From an uncultured Clostridia bacterium (lineage in GTDB: Bacteria; Bacillota; Clostridia; HGM11514): a stretch of DNA of 64,000 nt. Positions 28,223-38,194 of this stretch are shown here, piece after piece (the stretch's first letter is position 1; each line of letters starts with the position of its first letter). Location of the stretch: NCBI GenBank assembly GCA_934464705.1, contig CAKSKB010000013.1, positions 139 to 64,138 on the forward strand, written 5' to 3'. Under the pieces are notes generated by a model. It saw nothing but the letters and a program-made list of their open reading frames with translations, searched no databases and was not told the DNA's origin. A program made the translations under genes and the position numbers.

Positions 28223-30211
28223 ATGGTTGATTTTTTTAAGCGGCTCAATATTTATTCGGAAGGGCTTGAAAATGTAAAAAAGCTGTATGAAAACGGAAAT
28301 CCCGACGCGGCATTTTCGGAATACAGGAAAGTTCTTGCAAAGAGGTTTTCCGCCTATCCTGCAGATTATTTTAAGATATACGACTATCCCGCTGAAGAAC
28401 CCAAGCTTTTGCTCAGCAACAAGATTTCGCTTTTGGGGTATGAACCGATTGATTTGGGGAAGCCGATAAACTGGCTTGCACAGCCGCACGGAGATAAGCA
28501 GTGGCAGTCGCATCTCGGGTATATGCGCTGGGTGCTGCCGCTTATTGCCGAGTACAAAAAAACGGGAGATAAAAGATACGCCGATAAATGGTCTGAGATT
28601 ATGAATGATTTTCTCGATAATCATCCGTGGGGCGTTAAGGGTCTTGAATATCACATTTCAAGACCGATGTATCTTAACGAATACAAATTCAAATGCGGTG
28701 GAGAAGGGCAGACACCCGGGTATCTCGGAGGAAGCTGGATTGGACTTGCGGCATCCGCAAGAATTTCGAATTTTACGGTTTGCCTGGCGCATATTATGGA
28801 TGATGAGTATATTTCCGACAAGCTTATTTCAAAAATACTGCTTTCGCTTGCCGTTGACCACTGCGACGTTATATTTAACAATGCAAGACGGTATACGCCA
28901 AATCAGTTTGCGGACGGTGCGTGTGCCCTGCTTAAGTTTTCCATACTTTTTTGGGAGATGAAGGAGGCTCCGGCAGCATATCTTGTCGGCATGCAAAGGT
29001 TTGAGGAAGCGGTCAAAGCCGTGCTTTTGCCGGACGGCTCCGACCTTGAACAGAGTTTTAATTACAATATGGGGCTTCCCAGGATATTTTACGATATATA
29101 CGGGCTTTTCGGAGATTCGCCGAATGAAAGAATAAAGAAGCTGAGAGCCGATATTGACAAAAGATGTAAATTTTTGTTTGATATTTCAAACGAAAACTTT
29201 GAGATTCCTTCAATTGCCAAGACGCATGCATGCTGCGAAAAGGCGTATTTTTCTGAGCTTGAGCAAAAATACGGATTAAATCTTTTCGGAAGAGAATACA
29301 AGTCGGCAGCTTTTCCTTACGGCGGATATTATGTGTCAAAAACGGACGGCAGATATTTGTTTTTCAAGGCATCCAGAGAATCAGTAGGACATTCGCATGA
29401 GGACTGCAATTCGATTATACTTCGGGCGGACGGAATGCCGCTGCTTATTGACTGCTCAAATTATAATTACTCCGATGATGACGACTCTATGGCAATTAAT
29501 AATTACATGTATTCGACCCTTGCGCACAACAGTGTGAGTGTTGACGGTCTTTCGCAGATTACAGTACCTTTTAAAAATGCGCTTTCAAAGGAATATCTTA
29601 AAGAATTAGCCGAAAAGCCGATTGATACTCTCTGCGTCGTTTCTTCCGAATACGATGCGTTTGAAGGTGTTTATGACGGTGTTTACGGTGATGCTTCGTG
29701 GTACAGCAACAACCGCATTTCGGAAGGTATTCCGAAACTGAAGGTTGTGAGAGCAAAACATAACAGAAAGGTTGTTTATTTAAAGACGGCGGATGTGTAT
29801 ATCGTAATTGACCGAGTTTTTGCGGATAAACAGCATAAGTACACGGTTTCATGGAATTTAGCTCCCGAGTATCTGCCTGAGAATGTTCTGACCGACGGTG
29901 AAATAAGAATACGGAAAACCGGCATGCCGTCGCTTTTGATAAAAAGCTTTTCCGACATTCCGGCGGTTTTTGAAAAGTTTTACGGTGACAAGCTTAAGGG
30001 AAGGTATTGCGTCAGCTACGGCAAAACCGAAAAATGTGTTCATGTTGAACAGTCTTACACCGCGAAAAATCTCACTGCGGTGCACATTCTGGCGCCTGAT
30101 TTCAGTGAAAGTTTCGAAAGCTCGAAACTTTCGGGAGATATATTTGAATTTAACTGTGATGGCAAAAAATACAGATTAAATATAAATACATTGAAATATG
30201 AGGTGAATTGA
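28223..30211 (+). CDS. heparinase II/III-like protein (alginate-lyase-like N-domain + heparinase II/III C-domain), cytoplasmic
   Basis: 662 aa with no signal peptide. The N-terminal alpha/alpha-toroid region contains the HPWG and H..GYMRW motifs. The C-terminal beta-sandwich contains HSHEDCNS and NSVSVDG regions, consistent with the heparinase II/III fold. Confidence 0.6.
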   Translation: MVDFFKRLNIYSEGLENVKKLYENGNPDAAFSEYRKVLAKRFSAYPADYFKIYDYPAEEPKLLLSNKISLLGYEPIDLGKPINWLAQPHGDKQWQSHLGYMRWVLPLIAEYKKTGDKRYADKWSEIMNDFLDNHPWGVKGLEYHISRPMYLNEYKFKCGGEGQTPGYLGGSWIGLAASARISNFTVCLAHIMDDEYISDKLISKILLSLAVDHCDVIFNNARRYTPNQFADGACALLKFSILFWEMKEAPAAYLVGMQRFEEAVKAVLLPDGSDLEQSFNYNMGLPRIFYDIYGLFGDSPNERIKKLRADIDKRCKFLFDISNENFEIPSIAKTHACCEKAYFSELEQKYGLNLFGREYKSAAFPYGGYYVSKTDGRYLFFKASRESVGHSHEDCNSIILRADGMPLLIDCSNYNYSDDDDSMAINNYMYSTLAHNSVSVDGLSQITVPFKNALSKEYLKELAEKPIDTLCVVSSEYDAFEGVYDGVYGDASWYSNNRISEGIPKLKVVRAKHNRKVVYLKTADVYIVIDRVFADKQHKYTVSWNLAPEYLPENVLTDGEIRIRKTGMPSLLIKSFSDIPAVFEKFYGDKLKGRYCVSYGKTEKCVHVEQSYTAKNLTAVHILAPDFSESFESSKLSGDIFEFNCDGKKYRLNINTLKYEVN

Positions 30212-32013
30212 AAATGCATTACAGTGTACATGACGGGCAAGAACTTACGGAGGCGTTTGCGGAGTTCAAAGACGGCGACAGCATAAGTCTTAAAACAGGG
30301 ATTTATGAAATTTCAAAAACACTTGAGTTCGGTGCTGACAACATTACCGTTGACGGAAACGGCTCTGCCCTGAAGGGGAGCGTACGGATACCGGTAAGCG
30401 GCAGCGGAGTTGTTGAAATCGACCTCAGGGAGCACGGAATAACCGATTTCGGCAGCTTCGGCGGAGGTCCGTACGAGGATTTCTGGAAAGGCGAGGTCAG
30501 TATTCCTAAGCCGCACCTTACGGACCTCGGTCCGGGGCTTGAACTGTATTTTGACGGCAAGCTTATGCCGATTTCAAGATATCCGAAAGAGGGATTCCTC
30601 AAAATAACAGAGGCGCTCGGTGAAACACCACTGATGTTCAAGGGCAAGCGCAACGGTTCGGTTGAGGGTGTATTCAGATGCAATGACGATAAAATCAAGG
30701 ACTTTAAGGATACCGACCAGCTCCTGCTTGTGGGGTACTGGAATGCCGACTGGGCAACACAGCGCCACACCGTAAAATCAATCGGTTCTGACGGCGTTAT
30801 TGAGGTAAACAAGCCATGGCACACCTTCGGATACCGTGACGGGGAATGCTTTACGGACGAGATAGGCGGAAAGTTTTGCGTTTTAAATGCCGCAGAGGCG
30901 GTGACGGCTCCCGGGGATTGGTGCATAAATCGCAGAACGGGGAAGCTTTATGTTTATCTTTTTGAGGGACAGGATTATGTTGAAGTTTCTGTTGCCGGGG
31001 ATTTGTTTTACGGCGACGGAAGAAGAAATATTAAAATTTCGGACCTCAATCTTTCGCAGTGCAGAAAAAGCGGCATATGCTTTGAAAATTCGCACGGAAT
31101 AACAATTGAAAACTGCAATGTAAAAAACAGCGGAGCGTGGGGTATTCTGGGTGAAAACTGCATGCATATGAGCGTCCGTGACTGTAGTGTTTCGGAAACC
31201 GGAGGCGGAGGAATTGCCCTTTGGGGAGGCGACAGAAACACGCTTACGCCTTCGGGAAATGTCATTTCACGCTGCGAGATTACAAAAATTGCCCGCTGGC
31301 ACAAAACATATATGGCGGCAATCGAAATCGGCGGTGTGGGCGGCTGTGTATCGGAAAATAAAATTCATGATGTTCCGCATTTCGGGATAGTGTTCAGCGG
31401 AAACAATCAAATTATCGAGAAAAACGATATAGGCAATGCCTGCTATGAATCGAACGATGCAGGGGCAATCTATACCGGGCGGGATTATTCCTACAGAGGG
31501 CATATAATAAGGTATAATTACCTTCACGATATGTACGGTTTTGAAAACAGAGGATGCATTGGCTTGTATTTTGACGATGCAATGTCTTCTGCGGAAGTGT
31601 ACGGCAATGTGTTTGCGAATATGCCGTATATTGCGCTGCTTCTCGGCGGCGGAAGGGATTTTGATATTCACGACAATATGTTTTACGGCTGCAAAATGGC
31701 GGTTATGGTTGACGCAAGAGCGTCAAGGTGGAAGAATTTCAGCGAAAATATCATGAAGGTTCTGGGGAAAGTCGATTATAAAGGCGAAATATGGAAAAAC
31801 GCATATCCTAAGCTTTATGATTTTCTCGATAATGACCCTCTTATGCCGCTCGGAAACAAACTTTACGGCAACTGTGTTGTCGGCGGTGACGGTTTCTGCA
31901 TAGAGTCAAAAGAGGTTGCGGATTTAATAGATATGAAAGGCAACAAATTTGTTCATCAGTCAAAGCCCGGTGAACACGAAATCAATCATTATAATTGGTA
32001 CTACGTCAATTAA
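30208..32013 (+). CDS. right-handed parallel beta-helix repeat protein (pectin-lyase fold)
   Basis: 601 aa with repeated NC/GI coils (ENSHGITIENCNVKNSGAWGI, GNVISRCEI, GNNQIIEKNDIG). ATGA overlap with the upstream gene, and no signal peptide. Confidence 0.6.
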   Translation: MKMHYSVHDGQELTEAFAEFKDGDSISLKTGIYEISKTLEFGADNITVDGNGSALKGSVRIPVSGSGVVEIDLREHGITDFGSFGGGPYEDFWKGEVSIPKPHLTDLGPGLELYFDGKLMPISRYPKEGFLKITEALGETPLMFKGKRNGSVEGVFRCNDDKIKDFKDTDQLLLVGYWNADWATQRHTVKSIGSDGVIEVNKPWHTFGYRDGECFTDEIGGKFCVLNAAEAVTAPGDWCINRRTGKLYVYLFEGQDYVEVSVAGDLFYGDGRRNIKISDLNLSQCRKSGICFENSHGITIENCNVKNSGAWGILGENCMHMSVRDCSVSETGGGGIALWGGDRNTLTPSGNVISRCEITKIARWHKTYMAAIEIGGVGGCVSENKIHDVPHFGIVFSGNNQIIEKNDIGNACYESNDAGAIYTGRDYSYRGHIIRYNYLHDMYGFENRGCIGLYFDDAMSSAEVYGNVFANMPYIALLLGGGRDFDIHDNMFYGCKMAVMVDARASRWKNFSENIMKVLGKVDYKGEIWKNAYPKLYDFLDNDPLMPLGNKLYGNCVVGGDGFCIESKEVADLIDMKGNKFVHQSKPGEHEINHYNWYYVN

Positions 32014-32027
32014 AGGAGAATTTTTCA

Positions 32028-32863
32028 TGAAACTTAAGTATTTGGGGACCGCTGCTGCGGAAGGTATTCCGGCGGTTTTCTGCGATTGTGAGAATTGCGT
32101 AAAGTCAAAAAAACTCGGCGGAAAAAACATAAGAACGAGAAGCCAGGCGCTGGTCGACGATACACTCCTTATTGATTTCCCGGCGGATACATATATGCAT
32201 TATCTGAGAGAAAACTTTGAGCTCAGCAAAATCAGGTCCTGTCTTATAACTCATTCGCACTGCGACCATCTTTATGCAGATGAAATCGAGAACCGCAAGG
32301 ACGGTTTTGCGAATCTTTCCGATAAGCAGCCGCTTACATTTTATTCATGGGACAGCGGATATAAAATGATTATGACGGAAAAAATAAATGGATATGTTCC
32401 CGATAGCTATGTCAAGGCGGTTAACATTAAACCGTCCGTTGATTTTGAGGTTGAAGGGTATAATGTTACGCCGATAAGGGCGGCTCATGATCCTAAGTCC
32501 GACCCGGTGGTTTATGCTATTGAAAAGGACGGCAAAAGACTTTTGTATTTTAACGATTCGAGCGAGCTTCATGAGGACGGCATGGAAGCGCTGCGGAGAT
32601 TCAGGAATAAACCGTTTGACCTTATTTCCCTCGACTGCACAATGGGCTGCAACGAATTTGAATGGGAAGGTCATATGGGGCTTTCAAGATGCGCCGGCTT
32701 TCGCGATACCCTCAAAGCCGAAGGCGTTGCGGATGAACATACAATTTTCATTCTTAATCATTTTTCACATAACGGAAAAAGCGTTGTATATGATGATTTT
32801 GTGAAGATTGCCGCCGAAAATGATTTTCTTGTGTCGTATGACGGTATGGAAATTGAATTTTAG
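32028..32863 (+). CDS. PhnP-like MBL-fold phosphodiesterase
   Basis: N-terminal CDCENC zinc-knuckle and the HSHCDH metallo-beta-lactamase motif. The size and layout are PhnP-like. Confidence 0.6.
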
Positions 32864-32884
32864 CATTTTATTTGCCTAAACCTC

Positions 32885-32913
32885 TTGAATTAACAGAAAA
32901 ATTGTGCTATACT
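32885..32913 (+). promoter_or_regulatory. sigma-A promoter for ilvE (TTGAAT-17-TATACT)
   Basis: Read directly from the sequence. Confidence 0.5.
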
Positions 32914-32950
32914 GTAATTATTAAACATACTGCGAAAGGATGATGTAACA

Positions 32951-33976
32951 ATGGAAAAGAAAAATATCGATTGGGGCAGTCTCGGATTTGCTTATATGAA
33001 GACTGACAAAAGATATGTCTCCGACTATAAAGACGGCGCATGGGACGAAGGCCGCCTTATGGAGGATAATACAATTGTTTTGAACGAGTGTGCCTGCGTT
33101 TTGCAGTATGCCCAGACCTGCTTCGAAGGTCTTAAAGCATATACAACCGAAAAGGGCAATATAGTTGTTTTTCGCCCCGACTTAAACGGCGAAAGACTTG
33201 AAAATTCCGCAAAAAGGCTTGAAATGCCTGTTTTTCCGAAAGAAAGATTTGTTGATGCGGTGGTAAAAACCGTTGAAGCAAATGCGGCTTATGTTCCGCC
33301 TTACGGAAGCGGTGCAACTCTTTATTTAAGACCGTATATGTTCGGTACAAATGCTGTTATCGGCGTTAAACCGGCAACGGAATTCCAGTTCAGGCTTTTC
33401 GGAACGCCTGTAGGTCCGTACTTCAAAGGCGGCGTTAAGCCCCTTACAATCAGAGTATGCGATTTTGACAGGGCTGCTCCGAACGGTACCGGTCATGTAA
33501 AGGCAGGGCTTAACTATGCAATGAGTCTTCATGCCATCGTTGACGCACACAATCAGGGCTTTGACGAAAATATGTATCTTGACGCAAAAACCAGAACCTT
33601 CGTTGAAGAAACCGGCGGTGCTAACTTTATATTTGTAACCAAGGATAACAAGGTTGTAACGCCTAAGTCAAACAGTATTCTTCCTTCGATTACAAGGCGC
33701 TCGCTTATGTATGTTGCAAAGGAATATCTCGGTCTTGAAGCCGAAGAAAGAGAAATCAGGTTCGATGAGGTTAAGGACTTCGCCGAATGCGGACTTTGCG
33801 GAACAGCGGCTGTTATTTCTCCTGTCGGAAAAATCGTTGACCACGGCAAGGAAATATGCATGCCGAGCGGCATGACGGAAATGGGACCGATTACAAAGAA
33901 GCTTTACGATACTCTTACGGGTATTCAGATGGGCAGAATTGAGGCTCCGGAAGGCTGGATTAAGGTTATTAAATAA
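32951..33976 (+). CDS. ilvE: branched-chain amino acid aminotransferase
   Basis: 341 aa class IV PLP fold with the ETGGANFIFV and GTAAVISPVG regions. Confidence 0.85.
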   Translation: MEKKNIDWGSLGFAYMKTDKRYVSDYKDGAWDEGRLMEDNTIVLNECACVLQYAQTCFEGLKAYTTEKGNIVVFRPDLNGERLENSAKRLEMPVFPKERFVDAVVKTVEANAAYVPPYGSGATLYLRPYMFGTNAVIGVKPATEFQFRLFGTPVGPYFKGGVKPLTIRVCDFDRAAPNGTGHVKAGLNYAMSLHAIVDAHNQGFDENMYLDAKTRTFVEETGGANFIFVTKDNKVVTPKSNSILPSITRRSLMYVAKEYLGLEAEEREIRFDEVKDFAECGLCGTAAVISPVGKIVDHGKEICMPSGMTEMGPITKKLYDTLTGIQMGRIEAPEGWIKVIK

Positions 33977-33984
33977 AAAATCAG

Positions 33985-34028
33985 CGCAGGTTGTATGCCG
34001 ATATGCGGCCTATAACCTGCGTATTTTA
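33985..34028 (+). terminator. rho-independent terminator after ilvE
   Basis: CGCAGGTT ... AACCTGCG stem followed by TATTTTAT. Confidence 0.5.
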
Positions 34029-34057
34029 TCAGCTTGTTTTGTTTATACTAAACCGGG

Positions 34058-35023
34058 GTGATAAACTTGAAAAAATGTGTAAAAGGTATGGTATTCGGCG
34101 CTGCTGCGGCTACGGCGGTACTTGGTTCTTATGCTGCTGCAAGACTTATGGTAAAAGTCGCATTTGACAGAAAGCTGCCGGAGGTTACGAAATTTGCATC
34201 GGGGCGTATTTCCGGAGGAGGAAAAAATCCCGAGTTTGAAACTGTCCGCGACAATGCTGCCGAAGCGCTTGAAAACACGGTGCACGAAACGGTTCAAATT
34301 TTTGCACATGACGGCGTAAAGCTTGCCGGCAGGCTTTTTCCGTGCGAAAATGCAGAGAGGATTATAATCGCTTTTCACGGCTGGCGTTCTTCATGGAACC
34401 GTGATTTCGGAATGATTTCGGATTTCTGGCATAAGGCTCACTGCAGCGTTCTTTATGTTGAGCAGAGAGGGCAGAACGGAAGCGGCGGAGAATATATGGG
34501 CTTCGGGCTTACCGAAAGGCTTGACTGCAGGGACTGGGTAAAATGGACGGCGCAGCGCTTCGGAAATGATATTCCGCTCTATCTTGCAGGCGTATCAATG
34601 GGTGCGGCGACTGTGCTTATGGCGTCCAACCTTGATTTTTGCAGAAAAATTAACGGAATTATTGCCGACTGCGGTTTTACTTCTCCCAAGGCGATATGCA
34701 GTTATGTTTCAAACAACAATCTGCATATTCCGTATAAGCTTCACGGAGCCGCTATTGACTCTGTAAGCAAAAGGAAAATTCATATGAAACTGGGCGATTT
34801 TTCGGCGCCCGAGGCTCTTTCCGAAACGAGTATTCCGGTGCTATTTATCCACGGAACCGACGATAAGTTTGTTCCGGTGGAAATGTCATATGAAAATTAC
34901 AAAGCATGTGCTTCCGAAAAGCGGCTTGTTATAGTTCCGGGTGCGGATCATACGATGAGTTTTTATGTTGAGCCGGAAGTTTGCAAAAAGGCTATTTTGG
35001 ATTTCTGGAAGGATTTTGATTAA
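34058..35023 (+). CDS. alpha/beta hydrolase family protein
   Basis: GVSMGAA nucleophile elbow with a C-terminal Asp/His region. The start may instead be the ATG at 34088, which has an AAAGGT RBS. Confidence 0.65.
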   Translation: MINLKKCVKGMVFGAAAATAVLGSYAAARLMVKVAFDRKLPEVTKFASGRISGGGKNPEFETVRDNAAEALENTVHETVQIFAHDGVKLAGRLFPCENAERIIIAFHGWRSSWNRDFGMISDFWHKAHCSVLYVEQRGQNGSGGEYMGFGLTERLDCRDWVKWTAQRFGNDIPLYLAGVSMGAATVLMASNLDFCRKINGIIADCGFTSPKAICSYVSNNNLHIPYKLHGAAIDSVSKRKIHMKLGDFSAPEALSETSIPVLFIHGTDDKFVPVEMSYENYKACASEKRLVIVPGADHTMSFYVEPEVCKKAILDFWKDFD

Positions 35024-35026
35024 TTT

Positions 35027-37411
35027 ATGGCTGAAACGGCAGAGAATCATAGATATAACACCGCCCCCGCAGAGGGGCTTTCGGGCGCTGAGGTTAAGGA
35101 GCGTATAAAAAGCGGGCTTACAAACAAAAAGTCTTCCGACAATGAATATACAACCGCAGCAATTGTGCGCAAAAATGTCTTGACATATTTTAACTTTATA
35201 TTTTTTGCTTTTGCGGCTGTTTTGATTATTGAAGGCTCATTTAATCAGCTTGCGTTTCTCGGTGTTATTTTTACAAACACGGTTATAGGGATAATTCAGG
35301 AAATCAGGTCAAGGCGCGCTCTCAATAAACTTAATCTTATGACCGAGCATAAATCTAAGGTTATAAGAAGCGGCATAGCAATGGATATAAACAGCGATGA
35401 CCTGGTTCTTGACGATATTGTTGAGCTTGAAAGCGGATGTCAGATTCCGGCGGACGCCACGATTTGTACGGGAGAGGTTTTTGTTAACGAATCACTCCTC
35501 ACCGGCGAGGCGGACGAAATCAAAAAAGGCATGGGCGATAAGCTTTTGTCCGGCAGTTTCGTGGTTTCGGGAAAGTGCCGCGCAAGGCTGGACGCTGTCG
35601 GAAAAGACTCCTTTGCCGCAAAGCTTATGACAGACGCAAAGCGTGCGAAAAGACGGCAAAGACCCGGTATGATGAAATCGCTTAACATACTTATTATTGC
35701 AATCGGTGTTATAATAGTTCCGTTTTCTGCAATTATGTTTTGGAATCAGCATATGACGCTGGGGCTTTCGGTTAAGGAAAGCGTTGAAAATACGGTTGCA
35801 TCGTCTATCGGGATGATTCCCGAGGGGCTTTATCTTCTGACAAGCATTGCGCTTGCGGCAAGCACGGTAAGGCTTGCAAGATCAAAAACTATTGTTCACG
35901 ATATGAAATGCATAGAAAGTCTTGCAAGAGCCGATATTCTGTGCGTTGACAAAACAGGAACGATTACCGAGCCGGATATGAAGCTCCGTAAAATTTCGGT
36001 TTTGTCAAATGACGGATATACGGACGAAAAGCTTGCGGCATTTGTTTTCGGAATGGAAACAGAGAATATCACACTTTGCGCTGTTAAAGATTATTTTAAT
36101 GAAAATAATCTTCAAATTCACGAAAGCGTTGTAAGGAAAAAGGAGTTTTCGTCTGTTTTTAAATACAGTGCTGCGCAGCTGTCGGACGGCAGGGTTTACC
36201 TTCTCGGTGCTCCTGAAATCCTTCTTGGTGACGGGTATGATAAATACAAGCCGGAGACGGACGGGTACCTCAGCGCCGGCGAAAGGGTTCTGCTTTTTGC
36301 CGCAGCTGTAAGCGGCGGCGAAACTGCATTGGGTGACGGACGGTTTTCCGGACAAATTAAACCGCTTGCATTTTTGGTGCTTTCAAATCCGATAAGAGAA
36401 AATGCAAAAAAAACATTTGAGTATTTTGCCGCACAGGGCGTTGCGGTTAAGGTTATTTCGGGAGATAATCCGAAGGCTGTTGCCGCAGTTTCAAAAACGG
36501 CAGGTATTGAAAATGCGGAAAAATATATTGATTTATCGCACCTTTCGGACGATGAAGCAGCTTCTCCCAAAATGCTTGACTATACGGTTTTCGGAAGGGT
36601 AAGCCCGTCGCAGAAACGCCTGCTTGTTAAAAATTTCAAGTCACACGGTCATACGGTTGCTATGACGGGGGACGGCGTAAATGATGTTCTTGCGCTGAAG
36701 GACGCCGATTGCAGTATTGCTATGGCAAGCGGCAGCGAGGCGGCGGCGAGTGTTGCGGATTTGGTGCTTGTCAATTCCGATTTTGCCAATATGCCGAAGG
36801 TTGTCGATGAAGGGCGCAGGGTAATCAATAATATAGAAAGAGCGGCGTCGCTGTTTCTGGTTAAAAACATTTTTTCTTTTATTCTGACCGTTATCGCAAT
36901 TCTGAGCGTTTCGGTTTACCCGTTAAAGCCGATTCAAATTTCGCTTGCGTCTGCGATGATGATTGGCATACCGTCGTTTTTTCTCGCACTTGAACCGAAT
37001 CATAGTCTTGTAAAGGGCAGATTTTTAAGAAATGTACTTTATAATGCGCTTCCGGCCGGCATAACGGCGGCGGTTCTCGTAGAATTTGCAATGCTGATTG
37101 CAAATGAATTTAATATAGAATATTCAATGCTTTCAACCATTTCTTGCTTTGTGTATTCGTTTGCTGGGTATATGATGCTTCTTAAGGTGTGCAGACCGTT
37201 TAACCTTTGGCACGGAATCCTTTTTGCAATGATGGGAATTTGCTATATTGCCTGTGTTGCGGCATTTCCGTGGTTTTTCGATATATCGGCTCTTAACACC
37301 GGCTGCATACTTATTGCGGTTTTGCTGATATTTCCGATTTACCCGATGCAAAGAGGTATAGAAATGCTGTTTGATTTATCAAGAAAAATATTTACCAAGG
37401 AGAATAAATAA
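35027..37411 (+). CDS. cation-translocating P-type ATPase (Ca2+-type, PEGL motif)
   Basis: DKTGTIT phosphorylation site, TGDGVNDVLAL hinge, IPEGL in TM4 and TGEAD in the A-domain. Confidence 0.85.
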   Translation: MAETAENHRYNTAPAEGLSGAEVKERIKSGLTNKKSSDNEYTTAAIVRKNVLTYFNFIFFAFAAVLIIEGSFNQLAFLGVIFTNTVIGIIQEIRSRRALNKLNLMTEHKSKVIRSGIAMDINSDDLVLDDIVELESGCQIPADATICTGEVFVNESLLTGEADEIKKGMGDKLLSGSFVVSGKCRARLDAVGKDSFAAKLMTDAKRAKRRQRPGMMKSLNILIIAIGVIIVPFSAIMFWNQHMTLGLSVKESVENTVASSIGMIPEGLYLLTSIALAASTVRLARSKTIVHDMKCIESLARADILCVDKTGTITEPDMKLRKISVLSNDGYTDEKLAAFVFGMETENITLCAVKDYFNENNLQIHESVVRKKEFSSVFKYSAAQLSDGRVYLLGAPEILLGDGYDKYKPETDGYLSAGERVLLFAAAVSGGETALGDGRFSGQIKPLAFLVLSNPIRENAKKTFEYFAAQGVAVKVISGDNPKAVAAVSKTAGIENAEKYIDLSHLSDDEAASPKMLDYTVFGRVSPSQKRLLVKNFKSHGHTVAMTGDGVNDVLALKDADCSIAMASGSEAAASVADLVLVNSDFANMPKVVDEGRRVINNIERAASLFLVKNIFSFILTVIAILSVSVYPLKPIQISLASAMMIGIPSFFLALEPNHSLVKGRFLRNVLYNALPAGITAAVLVEFAMLIANEFNIEYSMLSTISCFVYSFAGYMMLLKVCRPFNLWHGILFAMMGICYIACVAAFPWFFDISALNTGCILIAVLLIFPIYPMQRGIEMLFDLSRKIFTKENK

Positions 37412-38115
37412 TGGAATTTCCGCTTTTTTACGATGAAAAACATCTTTCCAAGCTGCTTGTTTCCACTCTTTCGGAAAAAAATGTGCAGCAATGGATTCAG
37501 ACATATGCAAACCCATATAAGCAGCTTATGGCTTATTATCAGTGCGCTATCATGGAGGTTGAAACCAAGTTCAATGTTATGAACGAGGAAATGTCGCTTA
37601 TGTATGACAGAAACCCGATTGAAACAATTAAAAGCCGCCTGAAATCTCCCGAAAGCATCATCGATAAAGTTAACAGAAAGAATATTCCTTTTACTGTTGA
37701 GGATATTGAAAAAAATCTTAACGATATTGCCGGGGTAAGGGTAATTTGCTCCTTTCAGTCAGATATTTATATGCTTGCGGAGGCGCTTCTGAAGCAGGAC
37801 GATATTACGCTTATTGAAAAGAAAGATTACATACAGTCGCCTAAACCCAACGGTTACAGAAGCCTTCACCTTATAATCGAAACTCCGATTTTTCTGCATG
37901 ATAAGAAGAAAATGATGAAGGTTGAGGTTCAGCTCAGAACCATTTCTATGGACTGGTGGGCAAGCCTTGAGCATAAAATCTGCTACAAAAAGGACCTTGA
38001 CTGCTATGACCTTATAAGAAAAGAACTTCGCGAGTGCTCGGATATTGCATCGTGTCTTGACGAACGTATGGAGGGCATTCAGCGATATGCCGATAAGGGC
38101 AGCGAAATGGCATAG
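37411..38115 (+). CDS. RelA/SpoT-domain small alarmone synthetase (RelQ/YjbM-like GTP pyrophosphokinase)
   Basis: 234 aa with the synthetase-domain motifs RVICSF and GYRSLHLII. A TAATG overlap joins it to the ATPase gene. Confidence 0.75.
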   Translation: MEFPLFYDEKHLSKLLVSTLSEKNVQQWIQTYANPYKQLMAYYQCAIMEVETKFNVMNEEMSLMYDRNPIETIKSRLKSPESIIDKVNRKNIPFTVEDIEKNLNDIAGVRVICSFQSDIYMLAEALLKQDDITLIEKKDYIQSPKPNGYRSLHLIIETPIFLHDKKKMMKVEVQLRTISMDWWASLEHKICYKKDLDCYDLIRKELRECSDIASCLDERMEGIQRYADKGSEMA

Positions 38116-38194
38116 AATTAAAAAATGTCAACCGAATATATAGTTTTGGTTGACATTTTTCTTTTTTTATGTTAAAATAATTTAGGTGATGCTT

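Noticed and set aside
30303-30926. 207-aa minus-strand ORF inside the beta-helix gene
   Set aside because: Proline/serine-rich shadow ORF antisense to a gene with regular beta-helix coil repeats.
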